Shown: piece by piece, positions 7,758 through 15,062 of the stretch
Layout of the letters: every line of letters begins with the position of its first letter
Numbering within the stretch: position 1 is the stretch's first letter
Source of the DNA: a bacterium
GTDB lineage: Bacteria > Zhuqueibacterota > Zhuqueibacteria > Oceanimicrobiales > Oceanimicrobiaceae
Direction of reading: 5' to 3'
Length of the DNA: 18,215 bases
Assembly: GCA_037446635.1 (NCBI GenBank)
Contig: JBBIIG010000078.1
Location: forward strand, 1-18,215
Translations under genes and position numbers: made by a program
Notes under the pieces: generated by a model
Told to the model about the DNA's origin: nothing
Database searches by the model: none
Seen by the model: only the letters and a program-made list of their open reading frames with translations

Positions 7758-8669
7758 TCAACCCCCAATCCTTTTTCGTTTCAGCAAATACTCAAACAGC
7801 GCGCGATCGTAAGGCTCTTTGGTGTTGATGGGCACGTAATCGATCTGGTTTTCGCGGCAGACTTTTTTGTAGTAATTGAGGAACTCCGTGACCTTCGCCT
7901 GATAATCGCGGCGGATGTGCCACGGCTGAGTGTTGATTTCCTCGCCAGTTTCCAGATCGCGGAAAACGGCATCGTGCTCGAAATCAAAAGTGATTTCCAG
8001 CGGATCCATAATGTGAAAGACGATCACCTCATGCTTACGGTGGCGAAAATGTTTAAGGGCGGAGAGCACGGTTTGCGGCTCGTCGAACAAATCCGAAAGC
8101 ACGATGATCAGTCCGCGCCGTTTAATACGCTCGGCCATTTGATGGAGCGCCGCCCCGACGTTGGTTTCGGCGCTACTTTGGGTGTTGTCCAGCTCGCGCA
8201 GAATTTCATGCAAATAAGTGGTGACTGATCGCGGCGGCAAATAGCGGCGGATTTTTTCTTCGAACACCAGCAGACCGACGGCGTCGCGCTGGCCGATCAT
8301 CAAATAACTTAACGCGCCGGCGAGATAACACGCGTACTGCAATTTCGTTACCCCCACCGAAGTAAATCCCATCGACGCCGAGGCATCTAATAAAAGATAG
8401 GCTTTAAGATTGGTTTCTTCTTCAAACTGCTTGACGTAGAAACGATTGGTTTTGCCATACACCTTCCAATCCACGTGTTTGATTTCGTCGCCCGGCATGT
8501 ACTGGCGATGCTCGGCAAACTCCACGCTGAAACCGTGATACGGGCTTTTGTGCAGCCCGGTGATGAATCCCTCCACCACTAATCGCGCCCGCAAATCCAT
8601 GTTGGAGAGTTTCGAAACTACCTCGGGGTCGAGGTACTTGCGATAATCCAGCGCGCGGGCGGATTTCAT
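7758..8669 (-). CDS. DUF58 domain protein (vWA-like MoxR partner)
   Basis: GLHKSPYHGFSVEFAEHRQYMPGD-x-KHVDWK, VKQFEEE, LLDASASM and SDLF motifs; ATGA overlap with the moxR stop. Confidence 0.95.
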   Translation of the reverse strand: MKSARALDYRKYLDPEVVSKLSNMDLRARLVVEGFITGLHKSPYHGFSVEFAEHRQYMPGDEIKHVDWKVYGKTNRFYVKQFEEETNLKAYLLLDASASMGFTSVGVTKLQYACYLAGALSYLMIGQRDAVGLLVFEEKIRRYLPPRSVTTYLHEILRELDNTQSSAETNVGAALHQMAERIKRRGLIIVLSDLFDEPQTVLSALKHFRHRKHEVIVFHIMDPLEITFDFEHDAVFRDLETGEEINTQPWHIRRDYQAKVTEFLNYYKKVCRENQIDYVPINTKEPYDRALFEYLLKRKRIGG

Positions 8670-9697
8670 TTGCTGCCCTCTTTTCCGCCAGAGCCGATCG
8701 GCTCAGCCGACATCAGCCGCTCGATGATGTGCACGGTCTCGATGCCCTCGGCCTCGGCGTTGAAATTGGTGACCAGCCGATGGCGCAACACCGGTTTGGC
8801 GACGGCCTGCACATCGGCGATTTCCGGTGTGGGGCGGCCGTGCAAAATCGCGCGGGTCTTCGCACCCAAAATCAGATACTGCGAGGCGCGCGGCCCGGCG
8901 CCCCAGTTGATCCAGTCACGAATGAATTGCGGCGCGCCGTCAAAATTGGGACGCGTGTGGCGCACCAACTTCACCGCGTAATCGATGACGTGATCCGCCA
9001 CCGGCACCCGCCGCACCAGATTCTGCAATTTTATGATCTCGTCCGCTTTTAAAATCACGCGCAGCTCCGCGGTGTAAGCGCTGGTGGTGGATTTCACAAT
9101 CTGCGCTTCTTCTTCATAAGAAGGATAATCAACCCACAGGTTGAACATGAAGCGATCGAGCTGGGCTTCGGGCAGAGGGTAGGTGCCCTCCTGCTCGATG
9201 GGATTTTGCGTGGCCAGCACGAAGAACGGTTCTTCCAATTTATAGGTGGTGCCGGCGGCGGTGACTTCGTGTTCCTGCATCGCCTGCAAAAGCGCGGCCT
9301 GAGTTTTCGGCGGCGTGCGGTTGATCTCATCCGCTAACACGATATTGGCGAACACCGGGCCTTTCACGAATTTGAAAGCTTTGCGTCCGGTGGTGGAATC
9401 CTCCTCTATTATCTCCGTGCCGGTGATATCCGACGGCATGAGGTCCGGCGTGAATTGAATGCGACTGAATTTCAAATCCAAAACTTTGGCGAGGGTGCTG
9501 ATGAGCAAAGTTTTGGCGAGGCCGGGAACACCGACCAGCAAACAGTGTCCGCGCGCCAGCAGCGAGATCAAAAGTTCCTCGATGACTTTATGCTGACCCA
9601 CGATGATCTTGCTGATTTCGGCGAGAATATTATCGTGCGCCTGTTTGAGCTGTTGAACAGTTTCGAGATCGGTGGCTTCCCGTTGGGTGCGTGGCAT
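8666..9697 (-). CDS. moxR: MoxR family AAA+ ATPase
   Basis: Walker A variant GVPGLAKT, RIQFTPDLMPSDITG, Walker B LADEINR, ATQNPIEQEGTYPLPEAQLDRF, GAGPRA; GGAGG SD at 9703-9707. Confidence 0.96.
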   Translation of the reverse strand: MPRTQREATDLETVQQLKQAHDNILAEISKIIVGQHKVIEELLISLLARGHCLLVGVPGLAKTLLISTLAKVLDLKFSRIQFTPDLMPSDITGTEIIEEDSTTGRKAFKFVKGPVFANIVLADEINRTPPKTQAALLQAMQEHEVTAAGTTYKLEEPFFVLATQNPIEQEGTYPLPEAQLDRFMFNLWVDYPSYEEEAQIVKSTTSAYTAELRVILKADEIIKLQNLVRRVPVADHVIDYAVKLVRHTRPNFDGAPQFIRDWINWGAGPRASQYLILGAKTRAILHGRPTPEIADVQAVAKPVLRHRLVTNFNAEAEGIETVHIIERLMSAEPIGSGGKEGSK

Positions 9698-9744
9698 TAC
9701 ATCCTCCGTTGAGTTGCGAGTCGGTTGATCAAAAATTTCGGTGC

Positions 9745-9773
9745 AAGGTAACCATTTCGAGGTCGAATGTCAA
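9745..9773 (-). promoter_or_regulatory. Putative sigma70 promoter of moxR-DUF58
   Basis: Minus strand TTGACA-N17-TACCTT. Confidence 0.7.
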
Positions 9774-9783
9774 ATGATTTTAC

Positions 9784-9812
9784 TTGAAGCAAAACAGTGA
9801 GTAGGTTAGATT
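9784..9812 (+). promoter_or_regulatory. Putative sigma70 promoter reading into hicB-hicA (back-to-back with the moxR promoter)
   Basis: TTGAAG-N17-TAGATT. Confidence 0.5.
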
Positions 9813-9860
9813 GAAACCACGAATTTTAAAAACTTAAAAATTATCGTAATTGGAGTTTCG

Positions 9861-10093
9861 ATGAAAGAATCCATTACACGGTTTTCTTCGAGCCGTTGGA
9901 AGAAGGCGGGTACAACGTGGTCCCGGAGATTTGCAGCTTTGGCAAAACTTTGGAAGAAGCTCGCTTTATGGCGCAGGATGCCATTCGCTGTTATTTGGAG
10001 AGCGCCATCGAATTGGGAGAGGAGATTCCCGACGACGTTGTGATTGACAGAGAGCCAATCAAAGAACAAGTTCCAGTGACGCTGGCCGCTTAA
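9861..10093 (+). pseudogene. hicB: HicB-family antitoxin (short form, no DNA-binding domain), frameshifted near the start
   Basis: GGAG SD and ATG AAA GAA at 9861 lie in a different frame from the HicB body HYTVFFEPLEEGGY...FGKTLEEARFMAQDAIRCYLE...GEEIP. One base is missing at about 9870 (GAA TC CAT). The body frame has no upstream ATG (stop at 9827). Confidence 0.82.
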
Positions 10094-10322
10094 TGGCGAA
10101 ACTTCCGGTAGTCAAACCGAAGCAAGTCATTCGCGCGCTGCAACGCGCCGGTTTTTATATTCATCGACAGGTTGGCAGCCACGCACGGTTGGTTCACCCA
10201 AACGATCCGGCACGTCGAGTTACCATCCCCATTCATAATGAAATATTCCCAAAGGCACGCTCTCAAGCATCATCAAACAGGCCGGTTTAACCGTTGACGA
10301 GTTCATCAAACTTCTTCAATAG
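10093..10322 (+). pseudogene. hicA: HicA-family mRNA interferase toxin, frameshifted
   Basis: MAKLPVVKPKQVIRALQRAGF...QVGSH...VTIPIHNE is followed, after one missing base at about 10243, by the canonical HicA tail IPKGTLSSIIKQAGLTVDEFIKLLQ* (10245-10322) in another frame. TAATG coupling to hicB. Confidence 0.9.
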
Positions 10323-10323
10323 C

Positions 10324-10350
10324 AATTCGTGCAAATTCGTGAAATTAGCA
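10324..10350. repeat. 9/10-bp-period tandem repeat, inverted relative to 9818-9826
   Basis: AATTCGTG-C-AAATTCGTG-AAATTAGCA; AAATTCGTG is the exact reverse complement of CACGAATTT at 9818-9826. Confidence 0.65.
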
Positions 10351-10389
10351 CGCAGATGTTAAACGGGAATTACATTCCTCAGACAACCC

Positions 10390-11163
10390 TCAGCCTCGTT
10401 CAACAAATTTACCCGAATTAAATCCAAACAAAGACCGCGCCTCATGCTGAAATTCGTCTTCGGTGACGGTGAGCTCGCGCAGTTTTTCCAGAACAATCCG
10501 TCTGAACTCTTTGCGTACAAAAGCCAGGTAATTGGTGACTTGCGTGACCGGCAACTGCAATTGGTCGGCGAGTTGTTGATAGGTTAGTTCGTTGGCGTTG
10601 TCGTTTTCGTTCAAGTCGTAGCGCTGGAAAATTTCAAACTGAACCGCCTTTCCTGATTTCTGACAGTGCGACTGCAATTGCTGAACACAAGCCGCAAAGA
10701 GATGCCGCATCCATTCGCGATCAAAAAAATCATCCAATTTCTGCGGATCGGGAATATCCGAAAACGTCAGCTCTTTGTCGGCGCCCTCAAAATCCAGCGA
10801 GAGAATTTTTTGACGGCCGCCGCGCTTGATGCGGTGCGCCGCTTTTTCGTCGTTGGCGACAAAGCCGTCCAAACAGGTACGCAGGTAGGTACGAAAGCGG
10901 GCTTTGCCGGGGTCGAAGTCTTTGAAATAATTCTTTTCGATGGCGGCGGCAAAGAACGCCTGCGTCAGGTCTTTGGCGTCTTCGTTGGACTTTCGCCATT
11001 TGATGCGGATGTATTTGTACACCGGTTTCCAATAGCCGGCGACGATAATCGCAAAGCCGCGCTGGCGTTCGAAAAGGTCGGCGCTGCCGCTGGCCACGAT
11101 AGCCGACCAGCGCGTAAGCGGGAATGGCGTGTTGGCGCCGCCGATGTGGGTGTCTTCGGGCAT
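10390..11163 (-). CDS. ECF-type RNA polymerase sigma-70 factor
   Basis: N-terminal FPLTRWS; region 2 YWKPVYKYIR...EDAKDLTQAFF...FDPGKARFRTYL; KRGG; region 4 HTH TYQQLADQLQLPVTQVTNYL. Confidence 0.9.
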   Translation of the reverse strand: MPEDTHIGGANTPFPLTRWSAIVASGSADLFERQRGFAIIVAGYWKPVYKYIRIKWRKSNEDAKDLTQAFFAAAIEKNYFKDFDPGKARFRTYLRTCLDGFVANDEKAAHRIKRGGRQKILSLDFEGADKELTFSDIPDPQKLDDFFDREWMRHLFAACVQQLQSHCQKSGKAVQFEIFQRYDLNENDNANELTYQQLADQLQLPVTQVTNYLAFVRKEFRRIVLEKLRELTVTEDEFQHEARSLFGFNSGKFVERG

Positions 11164-11193
11164 GGAGATTAATCCTGAATCATTCCTGTTAGA

Positions 11194-11350
11194 GCTGGAG
11201 TAGTAATGGATTAGTGGATCACTGGATCATGTCAAACGTGAGACGTGAAACGTCAGACGTGAGAGGAAAAAATCTGAATTTTGATTTTTGCTATTTGCGC
11301 TTTGCTTTTAATTAGCCCGTCCCATTGATCCATCAATCCACTACTCCAGC
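11194..11350. repeat. Composite intergenic repeat: inverted octamer arrays enclosing two heptamer arrays
   Basis: GCTGGAGTAGT (11194-11204) / ACTACTCCAGC (11340-11350) perfect IR. TGGA and TCCA cores recur at an 8-bp period. Inside: AACGTGA GACGTGA AACGTCA GACGTGA (11235-11262) and TCTGAAT TTTGATT TTTGCTA TTTGCGC TTTGCTT (11273-11307). Confidence 0.85.
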
Positions 11351-11386
11351 ACGCCATCTTTTTAACAGCCACAAAATCGTTTTTAA

Positions 11387-12466
11387 TTATAAAGCCTTTT
11401 TGTTGATCAACTTCTCTTTTTCATAATACCGCACCAGCATTCCCACCACCCACGAATAATTTTGGATGCCCTCTTTGACATCATTGGCTTTTAAATAGAG
11501 ATCATAAACTTTGTTCGACGTTTTTGAAAACAGGCCGGCGTGGCTTTTCCATCGTTCCTGCACGGCGCGCAAATCCAGCTTCACGCCCTCTTTCAACAGG
11601 CCGGAGTAATGTCGATGCTTGTCTGGAGTTTTTCGAACCTCGTTGAGAAAGTAACCTAAAATTTGAAAATGACCGCTGTATTGAATCAGCGGGTCGTTGG
11701 TGGTGATGCAAACGAGATGGGCCAGAAAATTCGCGTCCGCCTCGTTGGTGAATCCTAACTGATGCGCCTTTTCGTGGGCGAGCACAAACGGCAGCTCGAA
11801 AATCAGCAGGTCGGAGTTGAAATGAACTTCATGGAAAAACGGGCTGAACCAGCCGCTGGTGGTCGTCTTATTGAGCAGCCAATTGATGGCAAAAGGTTTC
11901 GGCCGGTTGGGATGGAGAGCGGTTGCTTGCCCGCGCGCGAGTCCGATTTCTGGCAGAAGGTTTTGATAGGAAGAATCGATCAGCTCGGCGATCTGGCGCA
12001 TATCTTGAATGGAATAGCTGAAGTTCAGCTCGTTGGCGCGGCGGATGATTTCCGCAAAGGTGGAATCGAAGGCGTCGATTTCGAGCGCCACCGAATCCAA
12101 CTGCATTTTCTCGCGCAGCGTCGGCCGCAAATAGTTGATGCCCCAAAACAGATTGAACCAAACATAGAAAACCGCGGCCGTGGTCAGCAGGTTCATAAAA
12201 ATCCGACCGGCGGGCATGCGTTTTTTACGAATGCGTTTGAGCACAAACGGGACGCCGAAAACGAGAATAAACCAGAAGGAGACTTCGGAAAGCGAAAATG
12301 GAAAAACCCCGGAAATGCTGGACACCGCCAGCGCAATAATTGGATAGAGGCCGTTGGAATAGTATTCTTCGACGAAATTTGGAAATTGCGCCAGCACCTG
12401 GATCAGCAAATAGAACATTAGCGCCAGCCCGATAACGCCGGCGCGCAGTTTGATGGGAGACTTCAT
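11387..12466 (-). CDS. DUF3810 family membrane protein, putative zincin metallopeptidase
   Basis: VEEYYSNGLYP, PFSLSE and WGINYLR motifs; three N-terminal TM segments; FSPFFHE; HEKAHQLGFTNEADANF (HExxH + E); YLKAN...GIQNY. Confidence 0.9.
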   Translation of the reverse strand: MKSPIKLRAGVIGLALMFYLLIQVLAQFPNFVEEYYSNGLYPIIALAVSSISGVFPFSLSEVSFWFILVFGVPFVLKRIRKKRMPAGRIFMNLLTTAAVFYVWFNLFWGINYLRPTLREKMQLDSVALEIDAFDSTFAEIIRRANELNFSYSIQDMRQIAELIDSSYQNLLPEIGLARGQATALHPNRPKPFAINWLLNKTTTSGWFSPFFHEVHFNSDLLIFELPFVLAHEKAHQLGFTNEADANFLAHLVCITTNDPLIQYSGHFQILGYFLNEVRKTPDKHRHYSGLLKEGVKLDLRAVQERWKSHAGLFSKTSNKVYDLYLKANDVKEGIQNYSWVVGMLVRYYEKEKLINKKAL

Positions 12467-12483
12467 TTTTGTGTGATTTAAAA

Positions 12484-13035
12484 TTATAGCCCCAATTGCG
12501 GCGCGATGGTTTTCATGGCCGCGATGACATTGGCAATGTGTTCCTCCAGCGGGATGCCTAACATCGCCGCGCCCTTTTCGATGTCCTCGCGTTTAACGTT
12601 GCGGGCGAAGCCTTTGTTCTTCATTTTTTTGATGACCGCATCCACCGTGACTTCATCCAATTTTTTGTTGGGCCGCATCAGCGCCACCGCCACGATGAAG
12701 CCGGTGAGCTCATCCACGGCGCACAGAGCTTTTTCCATTTGGCTTTCCGGCGCCACGCCGGAGTAGTCGGCGTGAGAGAGGATGGCGCGGGTGATCTCCT
12801 CCGAAACGCCCATGTCCTTCAAAATGTTCACACCGACAAATGGGTGTTCCTCCGCAGTGGGATGTTTCTCGTAATCGAAGTCGTGCAGCAATCCTACCAC
12901 CGCCCATTTCTCTTCCTCCTCCTCGAACTTGCGCGCGTAAAAGCGCATCGCTGCTTCCACGGCCAGCATGTGTTTGCGGAGATTTTCGGATTGGGTGTGC
13001 TCGGTCATCAGCGCCCAGGCTTGCTCGCGCGTCAA
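12484..13035 (-). CDS. HD-domain (HDIG-type) phosphohydrolase
   Basis: LRKHMLAVEAAM, GLLHDFDYE, AILSH and AVDELTG motifs. Start re-assigned to TTG 13035 (MTREQAWALM...) behind the strong SD GAAAGGAGG; the longer ORF-track start reads through a palindrome. Confidence 0.92.
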   Translation of the reverse strand: MTREQAWALMTEHTQSENLRKHMLAVEAAMRFYARKFEEEEEKWAVVGLLHDFDYEKHPTAEEHPFVGVNILKDMGVSEEITRAILSHADYSGVAPESQMEKALCAVDELTGFIVAVALMRPNKKLDEVTVDAVIKKMKNKGFARNVKREDIEKGAAMLGIPLEEHIANVIAAMKTIAPQLGL

Positions 13036-13059
13036 GATTTCCCTCCTTTCAACTCGTGA

Positions 13060-13092
13060 AAGTGCCAGGCACTTCTGAAGTGCCTGGCACTT
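13060..13092. repeat. REP-like nested palindrome, copy 2
   Basis: AAGTGCCAGGCACTTC-T-GAAGTGCCTGGCACTT: perfect 16-bp arms; 29/33 identical to 183-215. Confidence 0.9.
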
Positions 13093-13110
13093 AATAATCA
13101 CACTTCATAA

Positions 13111-14031
13111 TCAAACCAGCACATTCAACATTGCTGGCAGAATTTCAAACGCGGTGGGCAGGGTTCCCAAGCGCTCGCCATCGGCTTCAACTCCAACTGG
13201 CGAGTCGGAATGTAATAAGATTTTTATTCCTTGTAAATATCGAATTTTGGGATGACTTTTCAGCATGCCGTTATAAATTTTATGAATGTTGGCGATGATT
13301 TCCGGCCGCGAGATGTCGCCGACCACCACCACCTCAAATTTTCCGTCGTCGAGTCTGGCGTTGGGCGCGATCCACATGCCGCCGCCAAAGAATTGCCCAT
13401 TCGCCGCGATCACGGCGGCCGCGGGTTCTTCCGTCTCAAAAACATCATCCACTTGTATTTTCATGGGTTGGTTTTTGTACGTGGCCAACGCCCGCAGCAG
13501 TCCGGTCAAATAGGCGAAAAACGGCCCGAGGGCTTTGGTGGACTGCCGCACCTTTGCCACCACCGCCGCGCCAAAGCCGGCGTCGGCAATATTGATGAAG
13601 TAGCGCGAGTTTGTTTCATCTCCGCATGGAAAGCGCACCGCTCCGAGATCGCATTTTTTAATCTGGCCGTCGCGGATGCGAATCGCCGCTTGCTCCACGG
13701 TTTCCGGAATGCCGAGGGTCTTTACGAAATCGCCGCCAGTGCCCCTAGGAATGATTCCAAGTTTGGCTTCGGGATTAATGAGCCGCCCGTTTTCAAAAAA
13801 TCCATTTACAATTTCGTTGATGGTGCCGTCGCCGCCCAACGCCGCGATGGTTTCGCAGCCTTTGTGCAGGGCGCGTCGCGTGATTTGAATGGCGTCGCCA
13901 GGTTTGGTTGTTAATTCCGCGCAGAAATCGCCCAAAATTTCCTTGAGTTTATTTTGAACCGAATACCAGTTTTTGGAAACGGCAAAGTTGCCGGCAGTCG
14001 GATTGGCGACCAATTTAATTTTATGACGCAT
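13111..14031 (-). CDS. Diacylglycerol kinase family lipid kinase (YegS/Rv2252/BmrU-like)
   Basis: ANPTAG, GGDGTINE, GIIPRGTGGDF, YFINIADAGF, NGQFFGGGM, DDGKFEV and DGE motifs. Confidence 0.95.
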   Translation of the reverse strand: MRHKIKLVANPTAGNFAVSKNWYSVQNKLKEILGDFCAELTTKPGDAIQITRRALHKGCETIAALGGDGTINEIVNGFFENGRLINPEAKLGIIPRGTGGDFVKTLGIPETVEQAAIRIRDGQIKKCDLGAVRFPCGDETNSRYFINIADAGFGAAVVAKVRQSTKALGPFFAYLTGLLRALATYKNQPMKIQVDDVFETEEPAAAVIAANGQFFGGGMWIAPNARLDDGKFEVVVVGDISRPEIIANIHKIYNGMLKSHPKIRYLQGIKILLHSDSPVGVEADGERLGTLPTAFEILPAMLNVLV

Positions 14032-14043
14032 CGAATGGCTGTA

Positions 14044-14072
14044 ATGTTATCAAATTCACCGGCCATTTTCAA
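14044..14072 (-). promoter_or_regulatory. Putative sigma70 promoter for the lipid kinase-HD-DUF3810 unit
   Basis: Minus strand TTGAAA-N17-TAACAT with extended TG, directly downstream of the nagB terminator. Confidence 0.6.
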
Positions 14073-14086
14073 CAGTTTTTACGCAC

Positions 14087-14117
14087 AAAAATAGGACGCT
14101 GTTTGGGCGTCCTTTTT
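14087..14117 (-). terminator. Intrinsic terminator downstream of nagB
   Basis: Minus strand AAAAAGGACGC-CCAAACA-GCGTCCT-ATTTTT: GC stem with A/T tracts on both sides. Confidence 0.75.
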
Positions 14118-14183
14118 AAGATGTCTAAAAATCTTTGAATTATCTTTGTGTCTCTGTGTGCGCTCTTTTTTGGTGAAGCTTGA

Positions 14184-14290
14184 AGCGGCAAACGGCAGAC
14201 GATAAACGTGAGACGTGAGAGGTGAGACGTGAGACGCAAATTTGAGTTCGGTTTTTTGTTTTCATAACTCCATTGCTCCAAGCTCCAGTA
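14184..14290. repeat. Composite intergenic repeat: 8-unit heptamer array, T-rich segment and octamer array
   Basis: AGCGGCA AACGGCA GACGATA AACGTGA GACGTGA GAGGTGA GACGTGA GACGCAA (14184-14239), then CTCCATTG CTCCAAG CTCCAGTA (14268-14290). Confidence 0.85.
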
Positions 14291-14307
14291 CCCTTGTCCT
14301 CGGCCAC

Positions 14308-15045
14308 TCAATATTTCAATGTTAGTTTGGAGGCGGCCGCCTTATCGACGATGACTGTGGCCTGGCGGTGCATTTGCACGATGGTAGCCGGCCACATCGC
14401 GGTGATCGGGCCTTCGCAGGTGGCTTTGATGGCGTCGGCTTTAGCTTCTCCGCTTGCCAGCAGCAGCAAGGTTTTGGCGTCCATGATGGTGCCCACGCCC
14501 ATAGTGATGGCGTATTGGGGAACTTGATTGGGATCGCTGAAGAAGCGGGCATTGGCTTCGCGGGTGGAGCCGGCCAGAGTTTTGATGCGCGTGCGCGAGC
14601 CCAGCGACGAGCCGGGCTCGTTGAATGCAATGTGGCCGTTGGCGCCGATTCCGAGAATTTGCAGATCGATGCCGCCGGCGTTTTCGATTTGCTGTTCGTA
14701 CCACTCGCAAAAGGCCTCGATGTCTTCCCCCATGCCCATCGGAATGTGCACGAAGCGGCGATCGACGTTGATGTGCTTGAAGAGATTCTCCCACATGAAA
14801 TAGTGATAGCTCTGATCGTGTTCCGGGGGCAGCCCGACGTATTCATCCAAATTGAAAGTGGTTACTTTTGAAAAATCCAGACCGTCTTCTTTGTGCATGC
14901 GAATCAATTCTTTGTACATGCCCAGCGGCGTGCCGCCGGTGGCGAATCCCAATACGCAATTGGGTTTTTTGCGCACCAGTTCTGCGACCATGCGCGCGGC
15001 CCCTTTGCTAACGTCGTCATAGCTTTCTTTGATATAGACTAACTT
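14308..15045 (-). CDS. nagB: Glucosamine-6-phosphate deaminase; expected start codon reads AAG
   Basis: GFATGGTP, TFNLDEYVGL, IDLQILGIGANGHIAFNEP and AITMGVGTI motifs. NagB-like N-terminus (x)LVYIKESYDDVSKGAARMVA extends 18 codons upstream of ATG 14991 to an AAG 7 nt after SD GAGGAGG. Confidence 0.95.
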   Translation of the reverse strand, partial: KLVYIKESYDDVSKGAARMVAELVRKKPNCVLGFATGGTPLGMYKELIRMHKEDGLDFSKVTTFNLDEYVGLPPEHDQSYHYFMWENLFKHINVDRRFVHIPMGMGEDIEAFCEWYEQQIENAGGIDLQILGIGANGHIAFNEPGSSLGSRTRIKTLAGSTREANARFFSDPNQVPQYAITMGVGTIMDAKTLLLLASGEAKADAIKATCEGPITAMWPATIVQMHRQATVIVDKAAASKLTLKY

Positions 15046-15062
15046 AGCTTATCCTCCTCGAA

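Noticed and set aside
9861..10043. 60-aa ORF MKESITRF... as an independent gene
   Set aside because: It is the out-of-frame read from the true hicB start after the 1-bp deletion.
13036..13101. N-terminal extension of the HD protein (MIIKCQALQKCLAL...)
   Set aside because: It is a translation of the palindrome; a strong SD precedes TTG 13035.
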